Shown: positions 44,729-57,372, counted from the stretch's first letter. The stretch: DNA of 64,000 nucleotides from Heteronotia binoei (GCF_032191835.1 NC_083230.1:55242001-55306000); one strand, 5' to 3'. Made by a program: numbers and translations. Notes: generated by a model from the letters alone, not told the origin.

Positions 44729-47299
44729 GATAGGACCTAAAAGAATACTCACTCCTGTGCTTTGTTTGCAGGTGAACATAACCAGGACAGGCAAACTATA
44801 GCCCATGAGCAACTCCCTGCTCAAAGTACTTCTGTCTTGTCATGCTAGACTTGTCCTTAGAATTCCCGTATCTGCTTTTAAGAAATGAAGTAGCTGCCTT
44901 TTTCTCATGATCAGAAATGGTTCAAAATGTAATAGTAAATGCAGTGTGATTTTCAGTGCTGACTGAAACACTCACTCAGAATGGGCATGGAATGGATAGG
45001 AGGAGTATTTGGATAAGAAAGATTCTGCATCTGTTCAGAATTTGCTTCAGAGGATCTTAGGGGATGCATCAAGCCCTACAGCTCTAGGATTCTCTGAAGA
45101 GATTTGGAAGGAATCCATGGCATTTTTAATAAAAATCAGCACCCATTACGCTGCATCTTTTATGGAGTGTGCTTTCTGTGAACTGAAAAGCAAATGATTT
45201 TCCTCTCACTTTCAGTCATTTGCCATAATTACAAGCCACTGCTCTCTTGATGCATTCCATTAAAATATGCTTATCATGTAATTTCATACTACTCCTTCTA
45301 TAGGATAGAAATTCCTTTTGTAAAAGTTTTAAATAGAAAAAAATGGCCATGCAGTATGTTTCCATCAGGTCATTTCTTTATTCCTACAATATTTTGGTAA
45401 ATGTGTAATCCATTTCTTTTTACCCCTCTTTGATAACCCAATAGGCTAATAAATGTTGTAGAATTGTATTCTATATGCCTTTACTTGGCAGAAGGTGCTT
45501 GGTTCTGCACAGGTGTTTTCTGCTGCTGGCAGCTTTCCTTCTAAGTAGAAGCAGGACAGCCTCACTGCTTAAAAGAGCCCTAGAAATGGGATATTACTTG
45601 TTGCCTTGTTATAATACAGTGGGTCATGCTATGGTCACAGATGCATTGGGCTTGGGGGTAATCAATTCAAATTCATGTCTCTGCTCAGCTGCAAAGCTCA
45701 GACTGGCTTCACATAGTATCAAATTTCTACATGGAAAGAACCACTGGGGAGAATGCTCAGGTGTAATGCATGTGATGATCCTACCTGAGTGTAGGTTTGG
45801 CTGCTGCCTGGAGGACAAAAATAGCCCTGTCATTTTAAAAGAAACTGAATTGCATGTTATTTACCAGGTGACATAATCTACTGCCATATTATGAAAAGCT
45901 TCAGCTGCCCACTTCTACACATTAAACCTTATAAAAATGAACAGGGCATTTTCTCCAGGTCTGAATCTGTGCACATTCTGAGAAGCCACAATTGACTTCT
46001 TATGCACATATTCTAACCTATATAATGGGGTTTCATTATTTCCTTTATGGAAGTAACTCTAATGTAGGAATTTAGTGTTGGGGAACTTTTCAACAAGGGG
46101 GTGTGTGTGTGACAGAGTTATCCTGGGAACACCTCCCCCCCCCCCAAGTTCCCAGCCCCAAGCTCCAAGTTGGTGGGCACTTCCCTGCCAGGGGTGGGAT
46201 GGGAGAGAGGGGAGAGAGAGTCACAGACCAAAACTTCCTTCTAAAATCAGTTTATTAACCTTCCAAGTAGATAACAAGTAGAATGGATAAAGAAATCCAG
46301 TGTACACACAGACAAATAAGAAATATAATCTAGCTACTGCATCAAAGCCCTTGGCATTGATGAGCAGCCCTGACCATTAGTAACCAGAGGTATATGCCTT
46401 TCTTGGACCTATAGATGTTAACGTATCTACTGACACACCTCTCACATAGGACTACTATGGATTTGATGCAGGCCAAACTAGAACTGATCTGATGAACCAA
46501 CCCAAATTCTTCCCTTCTTTCTATCTCTAGGGTAGGGTTGCCAGGTCCTGCCTCCTCCCCAGTGGGGGACTTTGGGAGGCTTTCCTGGAGGGGGCTGGGA
46601 CATCCCCAATGTGATGATGTTACACAGAAGTGTATTCATTGCACTGGGCACTGGTATGGTACCCCATATGCCTGAACTCCAAGCACTGAATTTTCCTCTG
46701 GAGTTCAGCTCCCTCTTCTTGCAAAAGCATTTAAAGGGTTCCTTTAAATGCTGTTTGCAAGAAGCAGGAGGGAAGGCATGCTCCTGAACTCCAAGCAGAA
46801 AATTTGCTGCTGAAGTTCAGATGCATGCCCCTACTCTTGCAAATAGCATCTAAAGGGATCCTTTAAATGCTGTTTGTAAGAAGTGAGGACCACATGCACC
46901 TGAACTCCAGTGATTAATTCGCTCTTGGGGGTGGCACTTGGAGATAGGGTCTCCGCTGCTGGCTACATGGCTGGAGCCCCTGAAATCTGGCATTCCTATT
47001 CTGGTGTCAGGAAACTCTCAGAAAGTTGAGGAAGCTAGGTTCTGATACTCAATCTATTTAGACTTTGATAGTGGCACTACTAACTCCTTGAATGTATAAA
47101 CATCCTCTAAGACAAAAATCATGTAAGGTTATCTGTACCAGAAGGTCACAGCACCAGCAGATCCCTGAAGTCTCCAGGGAAACAGAACCAAAGATTCAAG
47201 TATAGAGGCTAATTTACTGTAGAAATTAAAGTAACAGGTTTAGCAGGGCTCAATCCAGGCCCTAATTTTGCAACACTTGTGTGGGCAGCATTGGACAGC

Positions 47300-47727
47300 C
47301 AGGGTCAGCGCATGGTAGTCGGCCAAGTAGGTGGTTGCCTCAGGCACCACTTGGTCTAGGGGTGCCATGAGGTGCCCCCCCTCTCTGTGCCAGCACCTCC
47401 CCATGCCCGCCGCCTGCAGCCTCCCCATGCCCTACGCCGCCCACCTCCTCCCCGTGACTGCTGCCATACGACTGCCTCCCCCCACCCGCGCCCGCCTCCC
47501 CCTACCTCCCCATGCCCAAAGAAGCTTCCCATGTCTCACTCAGGCTGGGCCACCCCTTTGAAGCAGGGGAGGGCCGGGCTGAGAGTTTGCATGTAGCGAA
47601 CGCAGTCCGATGACATCACTTCTGGTGATGTCATCGGGCCACACACACTTTGCGCGTGTGGAAAGAGACTGGGGGCGGGGGAACGGGCCTCAGCCTAGGG
47701 ATGCCAGAACCCCTATCGCCGGGCCTG
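47300..47727. mobile_element. Non-autonomous hAT element
   Basis: Ends CAGGGTCAGCG...CGCCGGGCCTG with a perfect TSD TGGACAGC at 47292-47299 / 47728-47735. Confidence 0.87.
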
Positions 47728-47994
47728 TGGACAGCCTTGGTCACCTCACTATTTTTCCACTAAACTTCTTTTTCATAGAATTGTGGTGAGAATAAATGTT
47801 TTAAGTGTTGTATAAGGTTTTGTTTGCTGAGAGGCACTACAGAAATTAGTAACAGTTGAGTCCTTTCTTTAGCTCTATGATGGACCTGGAAAAGGTGCAG
47901 AAAAAAAGTAGTTGCAGTGGTCAGGAGGTTTGAGTGCCTTCCTTACAAGAAAAGCTAACATTTAAAATGACTTTAGAAAAGGGGACAGGAAGGT

Positions 47995-48165
47995 GGCATA
48001 GTATCATCCAATCTCAGCAGTTCTTGGAAGCTAAGCAGGATCTGTACTGGGAAAAGAGACCACTAAGGAAGACTCTGCCGAGGAAGACAACCTCTGCTTT
48101 TCATATGCCTTGAAAGCCCCTTGCTGGGATTGTAATATGTCAGTTGTGACTTTACAGCACATACA
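47995..48165 (+). mobile_element. Degenerate 5S-rRNA-derived SINE
   Basis: CCAATCTCAGCAGTTCTTGGAAGCTAAGCAGG...GAGACCACTAAGGAA resembles the internal part of 5S rRNA (ATCTCGGAAGCTAAGCAGGG...GGGAGACC). It is too diverged to be a 5S gene. Confidence 0.5.
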
Positions 48166-51100
48166 AACATAAATTAGAGAATGCAACTAAGGAAGAATAT
48201 AATTGCCCTTTTTCACCATTCTCATAGTACTGGAAATGGGGGTGATGGCAGTTGCTGTGGAATGGACAAAAGGAGTTATTTCTTTACACAATGCTTAACT
48301 AATCTATAGAATTCACTGTCCTGAAATGTATTGCAATATAATAGCTTGGATGGTTTTTTTTAAAAAAGAATTATACAAATGAATGAGTGATTTGTTTTTC
48401 AGTGGTTAGTCATCCAGAAGTACTTATACCTGTGAGTATCAGGTATGAGAGTCCTACAATAAATGTGTGTGTAGGGATTTATTGCCCACTTGAAGGCTTT
48501 CCTGGAAGGATCTGCTGGTAACCTAGGTGGGTCACTCTGATTTAGCCAGATTCTTCCCACTACTAACTTGATGGCTGCAGATACTATAAAGCTCAAGTGA
48601 CACTGAAGTGGGGGGGGGGGGTAGAAGTATTGTAGAGTAGCTTAACCAGGAGCAGCCAAAGAACAGGAAGATGACAAGTCAGTACTTCCTCCTATCTTAC
48701 CAAGCCCAAACAAATGACTAACTCCATAAGCTATTTTTATCTTTGGAATTTACTCCAGCCAAGAGCTCATAACCTCCACATATTTGTGGTTGGGATTCTT
48801 ATCCTTTAACAGACACACTTGATATTCCTAAAATGGCTTGTTGACTGATCTGTTTGAATGGCACAATGCCAGCTCATCAGCGTTTTCCCTCTCATTCAAT
48901 AACTAAGCAGTGATAAATTTAGATGGCCAGCCTTCAAGGACCATATCTTTTTCAGGAAGTGAGAGTGTACCAGCTCTAAAGCCTAGGTGCCTCGTGCCAT
49001 TTTTTACTTGACATCTGTGGATCATGCATGAAGTATGTGACAGACGGAGCAACAATGGAAGGGGAAAGGAAGATATGCAGCTTATGGCCAAATGATTAAA
49101 ATGGGACTTACTGACTAAAATGGGACTTTTGAGAAGATGTGTATAGGATTGCTCCCTGAAATACACAGCCTGCTCCTGCACGTTGTTGGCTATGCAATGC
49201 TATTGCATTACAGTAGCATCTGTAACTGTCCTGTGTGTGCAAAGAAATCCAGTCATGAATGACTGGCGTAGCATAGTGATGTGTGGATGCAGCCAGTGTT
49301 GAGGCCCATCTGGCCCTGCCTGCTTTCTAAAATATGTGGTGGGCTCCAGGAAATGGTATTGGTGAGTAGCATGGTGCCCATGGATGCCACATTGGGGACT
49401 CTGCTATAGAGTCATCTAGGTGAAAACTTGAGTGGTAAATAATGAAGAAGTCATTACAGGATAATTTTGACAATGAATGTGCTGAAGATCTCTCATTACT
49501 TCTTGTAGTTAGATACACAGGAAGAAGACAGAGAAAGGTGTGTGTGAGCTCAAGAATTTTACTCCAGGCTTGTTCATGTAATGGCCAACCATGGTTTGTT
49601 GATGAGTCAGAGTTCTCGCCTCATTTAATTCTATTGTTGCATTTCTACATATCCAAGTGTATCATAAAAAAATTTTTGGAGTGTGTAGGCAGTTTTGACT
49701 AAACCAATGGTTCCCTCCGAATGTATGTACGGTTCTTCTTCTGGCAGAGACAATTCAATAAAGGAATGGATGTCCTACAACTCCTCTTCATTGTATGTAT
49801 GAAAGGATATTTTTAAGCAAGTCTGTGTGTTTCTGATTAGGATCTAACATAGCTCAAAAATGAATTGGAATTCACTGGGGGGTTTTCAATAAAAATCATT
49901 CCCTGCACCTGTTAGAATGCCTTTGTGCTGTAGAAATCAAGCAGATGGATGGAAGATTAGATGGGTGGTAATGCAATGTTTGTCTGGCATCTGTACGGAG
50001 GAAGGGGGAGAATGCCCTGCAAAAGCTGGAATGTCTGCAAGGAAATGCTAATCTGATTCATGTGGTGCCCTTGTGAAAACCCTGCTGCATGCACTGTTTC
50101 ATGCTCAGTATTATTTTCATCTTTGCCTATACTTGCCAAATAGGTCTCAAGTTCTTTCATTGAATCATATGCTGTAAATACAGTATAGGATTACAACCAC
50201 TTATTCAAAAGGCCTTAAGGAAGACAGCTTTGAATGCCACATAATATGTAGGTTCAGCATTGCATGTACTTTGAATAAAATAATGAAAATGCAGTGAAAC
50301 CTGAATTCTGAAATAAAAATAAATTATGTACATTGTATTGCTTCTGCATCTTGGTTTACGCTGGCAAGGAATGGGAGACAAAAGGGAACAAAGAGAGTGA
50401 AAGAGATTGATGTGGAATTTAAATAGTCAATGGAGGAAGGGACAGTAGCTATCAAAGAAAAGAGAGTGATGCAAATCTTTCTAGTCCTGTCTCTGGGTCA
50501 CCAAACTCCCTGACTACCACCATTCTGATTTTTGCATTTGCATTTGAAATCCTTTCTTGTGTTTTTGAGATGCCCCCCCCCCCCATCATGAGGATGTGAA
50601 ACTTGGATTTTTAAAACAACAAATAAGCAGTAAATGTGAAGTTTATTTAATTAGTTATTTGCTGTTTTTCTAGCCATGTTAAAATCTCAGGGCCCCAGTA
50701 AACAGTGTTCCTTAAAAGCTGGTCTTTGTTTTTAATCTCCTTCCCTACATGCTAGACTGCATAGATACTACAAAATTTTCCATAAAGTATTCCCCAGAGT
50801 TTACACCCTGTTACATCTTTATTGATCTAGCAGTGTGTTAGAAGGAATCCTTCTTAGTGGGTCAGTTTAGAAGTTCTTAGGGCACCCCTAAGTGGCAGCA
50901 GCCATTACGAGGTTCTGTGAGCAAGCAGACCCTCTCTCTTTGTTAAGGGGTTTGGAAATGAGCACCCTTCATTTAATAGTACCCCAGGAGTTCATATGCC
51001 AGGCAGTTTGGACTAAATGTACACAAGATGGATGGCAGAACTCATGCACATGTCTGGACAGAGACTGTGGAAAGGTATAAAATCCTAACCTGACCATGCT

Positions 51101-51668
51101 GCTACCCCTCCCTTTACCCTAAGGTTTGTATAAACTGGGGCAATAGATTTGCCTCACCCCAGAGCTAACACTACCTACCTGAATTGTTAATCCTATCAAC
51201 TTTACATCCGCTTCCCCCTATTCACATTTCCTTCACAAAAATAACCCCTAACACAGATGGTTTTACCATCTAAAAACAAAAGAAGGGTCATCAAGCAATA
51301 TTTTTATATTTTGATTAGTTTACTAAGTAAATCATTAACACTCCAACTCACCAGAGGAAGCAAACAGAATTCCACCTCAAACTTTGTTTTGCATCAGGAA
51401 ATCCTCCCAAATATCTCCTGTTCCTTTGTCCATTTCTGGGAACATCATTCAGTCTTTTAGTTAATCCTATTTACACTTTGTTCTAAGAGGCAATCTAAGA
51501 TTATGTTTTGCCCTATAACTGGACACACACAGTTCCATTGCAGTGTGTCTTGTCTTGGGCACCTAGTAACAATTCACCCCCAAATTCGTTTGGATCCTTC
51601 TGTGAGACACTGGTTTGTTTCACATTCTTTCTCAATGGATTGCTGCTCTTCCCAGGATACCTTCCCAC

Positions 51669-53106
51669 TATCACTGAAATCTGCCTCCGTTCCTGAGGAC
51701 TGGAAGATAGCAAATGTCACCCTCATCTTTAAAACACGTTCAAGAGGAGATCCGGGAAATTACAGGCCAGTCAGTCTGACTTCAATACCAGGAAAGTTGG
51801 TAGAAAGCATTATCAAGGACAGAATGAGTAGGCACATTGATGAACACGGGTTATTGAGGAAGACTCAGCATGGGTTCTGTAAGGGAAGATCTTACCTCAC
51901 TAACCTGTTACATTTCTTTGAGGGGGTGAACAAACATGTGGACAAAGGAGACCCGATAGATGTTGTTTACCTTGACTTCCAGAAAGCTTTTGATAAAGTT
52001 CCTCATCAAAGGCTCCTTAGAAAGCTTGAGAGTCATGGAGTAAAAGGACAGGTCTTCTTGTGGATCAAACACTGGCTGAGTAATAGGAAGCAGAGAGTGA
52101 GTATAAATGGGCAGTCTTTGCAGTGGAGGACGGTAAGCAGTGGGGTGCCGCAGGGCTCGGTACTGGGTCCCGTGCTCTATAACTTGTTCATAAATGATTT
52201 AGAGTTGGGAGTGAGCAGTGAAGTGGCCAAGTTTTTGGATGACACTAAATTGTTCAGGGTGGTGAGAACCAGAGAGGATTGTGAGGTACTCCAAAGGGAT
52301 CTGTTGAGGCTGGGTGAGTGGGCGTCAACATGGCAGATGTGGTTCAATGTGGCCAAGTGCTAAGTAATGCACATTGGGGCCAAGAATCCCAGCTACAAAT
52401 ACAAGTTGATGGAGTGTGAACTGGCAGAGACTGACCAAGAGAGAGATCTTGGGGTCATGGTAGATAACTCACTGAAAATGTCAAGACAGTGTGGGATTGC
52501 AATAAAAAAGGCCAACGCCATGCTGGGAATTATTAGGAAGGGAATTGAAAACAAATCAGCCAGTATCATAATACCCCTGTATAAATCGATGGTGTGGTCT
52601 CATTTGGAGTACTGTGTGCAGTTCTGGTCACCGCACCTCAAAAAGGATATTATAGCATTGGAGAAAGTCCAGAAAAGGGCAACTAGAATGATTAAAGGGC
52701 TGGAACACTTTCCCTATGAAGAAAGGTTGAAACGCTTGGGACTCTCTAGCTTGGAGAAACGTCGACTGTGGGGTGACATGATAGAGGTTTACAAGATAAT
52801 GCATGGGATGGAGAAAGTAGAGAAAGAAGTACTTCTCTCCCTTTCTCACAATACAAGAACTCGTGGGCATTCGATGAAATTGCTGAGCAGACAGGTTAAA
52901 ACGGATAAAAGGAAGTACTTTTTCACCCAAAGGGTGATTAACATGTGGAATTCACTGCCACAGGAGGTGGTGGCGGCCACAAGCATAGCCACCTTCAAGA
53001 GGGATTTAGATAAAAACATATATAAATTTTTTGCCACTGTGTGACACAGAGTGTTGGACTGGATGGGCCATTGGCCTGATCTAACATGGCTTCTCTTATG
53101 TTCTTA
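51669..53106 (+). mobile_element. CR1 LINE, 5'-truncated, nearly intact RT
   Basis: VPEDWKIANV, NYRPVSLTS, YLDFQKAFDKV, GVPQGSVLGP, KFLDDTKL, HLEYCVQFW, then 3'UTR and a TTCTTATG tail. A single in-frame TAA at 52361-52363 separates ORFs 51503-52363 and 52367-53044. Confidence 0.95.
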
Positions 53107-53512
53107 CTACTCTTTTTATTCCTCATTGCTCTTGTTTGTGTGTAGTCCTCGTATGCTTTTTGTTTGCTGGTACTCTTATTTTTCTTTCAGATAAGATCAG
53201 TTTCTATTGTCAATTTGGACTGATTATTTTAAAGTTCTCAAAATGGAAAGATCCCTGTAAACCCTGGAATGAGGATTATCCCCTTCTTGTCTCCTTGCTA
53301 ATTCCCCCAACAAAAACAGGGAACAGCCTCTTTTGGGCAACACATCGCCTTTGGGGTAACAGTTCTTTCCAGTGACCTCTTAGCCTAAGGAAGTCTCCCA
53401 GCAAGGACTGGATCTGGGAGCTCCAGGTTTCGAATTCTGAGCTGACCGTGGAACCTTGCAGGATGATATTGGACCAATCACACACACTCAATCTAACCCA
53501 CCTCACAGGGTA

Positions 53513-53716
53513 GAGAGGAGCTGTGGCTCAGTGGTAGAACATCAGCTTAGCACACAGGAAGTCCCAAGTTCAGTCTCTGGCATCTTCAGTTAAAAGAACG
53601 AGGCAACAGGTGATGTGAAAGACCTCTCCTTGAAACCCTGGAGAGTCACTGCCAGTCTGAGTAGGCAGTACTGATCTCAATGAACCAAAGATCTGATTCA
53701 GTATAGGCAGTTTCAG
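53513..53716 (+). mobile_element. tRNA-derived SINE with CR1-type tail, inserted into an older MIR-like SINE (53380-53815)
   Basis: Head GCTGTGGCTCAGTGGTAGAACA...CAAGTTCAGTCTCTGGCATC and tail TCTGATTCAGTATAGGCAGTTTC. The flanks CCTCACAGGG...TTGTGAGGATAAA are the two halves of a MIR-like core. Confidence 0.7.
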
Positions 53717-53906
53717 GATTCTGTGGTTGTGAGGATAAATAAAGAAGAGGAGAATGATGTAAGCTGTTTTAAGTCCTCACTGAAGAGAAAGGCAGGTTAT
53801 AAATTAAGTTTTTTAAAAAAGTAATAGATATCATCTAAGATTGTGCTGAACAATCTGCAGAGATGCTGGCCGTTGCAGTGGGAATGGAATTCCCCTGTTT
53901 TAGGAG

Positions 53907-54552
53907 TGGTAGTGTAATGTATTCAAGTTGGAGACGTTCAGATGACAACATGCTTTATTAGTGAGTATGTCACAAAGACAACATGGCAGGGCCAGGTCCC
54001 CTGTTATATACATTTCCCGGAACAACCTTCTTCCTGGTCAGGTCCAATCCTGGCCAGTTAAACTTCCTGCCACTGATCATCATAGGTGGGCTGTGTTCAT
54101 CCCTTCCAGGCACCAACCACAGGTGCGCTGTGCTGTACTTTCCAGGACGAATACCTGACAAAACACTCCTCCCCCCCCCCCCCCATAGTTCAAGACACAT
54201 AGTCTTTCAAATGAGCAGGCGGCCGTTGCTCACTGAGCAACCACCAAGGTTCGATCTAGGGAGCTGGGGCTGCCGCCTGGGGTTCTGTAACCGGTGGTTC
54301 CTCGCTTTGGGTCGTGGTCAGCAGAGCATTGTCTTGATCCTGCGGAGGTATCGCCCCTGCCCTGTAAAGCTCCTCCACCAGCAACCTTGGCGAGCTCCAC
54401 AGGGTTGCTTCTTGCGGCAGCCCCGTGCTCTCCCCGTTCCCCACTCCCTCTGGCCCTGCTGGTTCCTCCGGCAGGGTGCAGCGGTGGAGTTGGTCTATGT
54501 GTCTGCAGAGGAGCTGCCCCCCTTCCGACGAGACCTCATAAGAGCAGGTCCT
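53907..54552 (-). mobile_element. Gypsy 3' fragment (integrase tail, PPT, 3' LTR), related to 24612-28557
   Basis: SYEVSSEGGQLLCRHIDQLHRC matches ~27880-27955. PPT (poly-C on plus) at 54166-54184. LTR ~53907-54165 shares an identical 39-bp block with the 28279 LTR. Confidence 0.85.
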
Positions 54553-54692
54553 GAGAACATCCTCAGTGTTCTCCGCAGCTGAGAACGAAACGTCTGGAAG
54601 AAAAACTTTCTCCAGTAGAACACGGCACTTGAGCCCGAAAGATTCTACAAACCCTAATGATGTTACCAGCTGTGAAAACCTGAAATCTTTCA
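54553..54692 (+). mobile_element. Penelope-like terminal repeat fragment with a rearranged hammerhead motif
   Basis: TGTTCTCCGCAGCTGAGAACGAAACGTCTGG provides stem II, GAAA, stem III and the GUC site. The CTGAGGA core is present only on the opposite strand, at 54560-54566. Confidence 0.65.
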
Positions 54693-55299
54693 TTTTTAAA
54701 TTGAAATCATTCCTCATCCCAAAGTCTATATACTCAAGGCCAGAGTAACTCATAACTTTATGGTAGGTATGCATCCACATGACTACTGCAACAATGTGCT
54801 TTGCCTTTTGGAGACTGCAGAATTGATAAACTTGCTTTTTAAAGTATTAAAATACTTTCCCCTGCCCTCTATGTTTATGCTTTTTATGGTGAGAGAGCTT
54901 TCATACACCCCAGAAGAAAGAGTGAAAAGTTAAATCTGTGTGACAACTTTTAATATTATGCTGGTTGAGAGAAGTCCCAAAGGTTTTAAGACAAGAATTT
55001 GTCATTTTTCAGCAGGGTTTTCTCAGAAGCTTTACAAATATATGACTTGGAACTAAGAAACTGAAAGTTGTTCTATCTGCCCTGAAAAGATGGGCACCAA
55101 TATCTCAGGGTACTTTGAAACATATTCTGAACTCTCTCTAAAATCCAGGTCTTTCTAGTGCCATATTTCTTCCCTAAATGATGCATGCACCTCCATTGTA
55201 ATCCTGTCTCTCTCTAACAGAAACATTTCATTCCTTTTCTGGTCCTCCTGTCATATTGCAAAACTTTAGCCCAGTCTTGCTATAGTTAAAAGTATAGAC

Positions 55300-56415
55300 C
55301 AGGGTGGCCAAACTTGCTTAACATAAGAGCCACATAGAATAAATGTCAGATGTTTGAGAGCCACAAGGGAGGGAGGGAGGTAGGCAGGTAGGCATAAGGT
55401 TGACAATCCCCAAGTGGTGGCAGGGGATCCCCTGGTTTGGAGGCCCTCCCTCTGCTTCAGGGTCATCAGAAAATGGGAGTAGGAGAGAGAAATGTCTGCT
55501 TGGCACTCCATTATTCCCTATGGAGACCGATTTCCATAGAGTATAATAGAGAACTTATCTGTGGGTATCTGGGGCTCGGGGGTGCTATTTCTTGAGGTAG
55601 AGGTATCAAATGTTCAGCATAGCATCCAGTGCCTCTTCTCAAAACACCCCCCCCCCCAAGTTTCAAAAAGATTGAACCAAGGGGTTCAGTTCTATGAGCC
55701 TCAAAAGAAGGTGGCCCTATCCATTATTCCAAATGGTGGAGAGGCATTTAAAAGGCATGCGGTCCCTTTAAATGTGATTGCCAGAACTCCCTTCTGAGTT
55801 CAGTTGTGCTTGTCACACCCTTGCTACCAGCTCCACCCCCAAAGTCTCCTGGCTCCACCCCCAAAGTCCCCAGATATTTCTTGAGATGGACCTGGCAACC
55901 CTAGGCAGGCAGGCAGGCAAATAGATGGGTGGAGAGAGGTGGAAAGAAAGCATCTTTAACTTTAAATGCATTCTCCAAGCTGCTGTCTGGCTTGGCTTGG
56001 AGAAGTGATTTAAAGAGACAAATGCCTTCTCCACGGTCGTTTTCGCACTCACCTTCCGCCGGCGCGACCCCCCTCTTCACCGCGCAGGATCTGCGCGGAT
56101 TTCGCACTAAACGCTGCGGAGCAGCCAGAAAAGCTGGAAGCTCCCGGCGCAAAAGCCGCTCAAACTGAAACTGCCAAAAAGCAGTTTGGCGTTTGCGCGG
56201 CTTTTGCGACGGGAGCTTCCGGCTTTTCTGGCTGCTCCGCAGCATTTAGTGCGAAATCCGCGCAGATCCTGCGCGGTGAAGAGGGGGGTCGCGCCGGCAG
56301 AAGGTGAGTGCGAAAACGACCCATGGTGGCTGACAGAGCATGGGGGCTTTGAGACCCACACAGTACATGTGAAAGAGCCACATGTGGCTCTCAAACCACA
56401 GTTTGACTACCCCCG
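55300..56415. mobile_element. Composite hAT (Buster/Charlie-like) MITE with nested elements
   Basis: Ends CAGGGTGGCCAAACT...AGTTTGACTACCCCCG with TSD GTATAGAC / GTACTGAC (6/8 match). Contains a GGCAACCCTA-ended repeat (~55395-55905) and the palindrome at 56035-56321. Confidence 0.6.
56035..56321. mobile_element. Young, CpG-rich, almost perfectly palindromic MITE
   Basis: Arms of ~130 bp (GGTCGTTTTCGCACTCACC...) with about 5 mismatches by hand alignment. Confidence 0.85.
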
Positions 56416-57049
56416 GTACTGACCAAAATTCTTAAAACTCATTCCCTGTTCAAATGAATAGCCATTCAAAGCTCATCTATGGGGAAAAAGTCAAGTGGGA
56501 AGCTTTTTCGTTTTCTGATGTTCATGGATAGGTGTTTCTGTGTGGAAAAAGAGTCTAAAGCCACCAGTCACAATGGAATTCTAAGTAGAGTTACACTCTT
56601 CTAACACCAGTTTGAAAAAAGAATCCAAAAGGTTTGAGTGGATGACCACATGGCAAACAAAGCTCAATGTAAGTTTGTGTAAAGTAATGCAAAGGGTGGG
56701 TGGGTGTCCTAAACTGAAATGTGCATGGATGGCTTCTGAACTGACAGACTGACCAGAATAGCTAGAGATCTTCGGGTTGTCATAGATGGCTGTATGAAAA
56801 TGTTGCATCTCTGGGAAGCAGTAGTGAAAAAGTCAAATTTCCTTCAATGAAAGCCTTAGGATTTACAGGTTTTTTTAGTTTCGAGAAACAATTAATACTG
56901 GGGTGGAGGCATGACTGAGGATAATAAAATGATGCATGAACAAACATATAGAAGGAACTTTTTCTCACTCTAGTAGAATTTGCAGGCACCCATAAAGTTG
57001 ATGAGCAGTGGATTCTGGATTGATGAAAGGAAGCACTTTTCACCTGAAG

Positions 57050-57372
57050 AATAATTAAGTTGTGGGATTCACTGCTCCATTGTGTAGTGATAGCTACCAA
57101 TTGAGTTGGCATTAAAATAGAATCAGACAAATTGATGTCACATTGGTCTATCAATGGATATTATCCATAATGATTAAATGCACCTTCCATGTTCAGAGGA
57201 AGTATTTATCTGGATGCCAGTCTTGGGTGGGTGGCAATAACCGGGGGAGGTCTTAAACTCTATTCTCTGCTTTTAGGTGTCCCAGGGGCATCTGGTGGGC
57301 CATTATATGGAACAGAATACTGGACTAGCTGGACCACTGGTCTGATCCAGAAAACCGATCTTATGTTTGTTT
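57050..57372 (+). mobile_element. Old CR1 3' fragment
   Basis: TGTGGGATTCACTGC...GACAAATTGATG...CTATCAATGGATATTA...GGACTAGCTGGACCACTGGTCTGATCCAG...CTTATGTT. Confidence 0.6.

Noticed and set aside
47995-48070. Possible 5S rRNA gene
   Set aside because: Too diverged, partial and followed by a SINE-type body. Recorded as a 5S-derived SINE instead.
49560-50180. Protein-like minus-strand peptides (YDSMKELETYLASIG..., EEPYIHSEGTIGLVKTAY...) after plausible acceptors
   Set aside because: I found no convincing phase-compatible donors, the frames close on stops, and I recognise no homologue. It remains unresolved without RNA-seq or BLAST.
54256-54780. 174-aa minus-strand ORF
   Set aside because: It is a chance read-through across unique DNA, a PLE terminal fragment and a Gypsy integrase tail. 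It is not a gene as far as the sequence shows.
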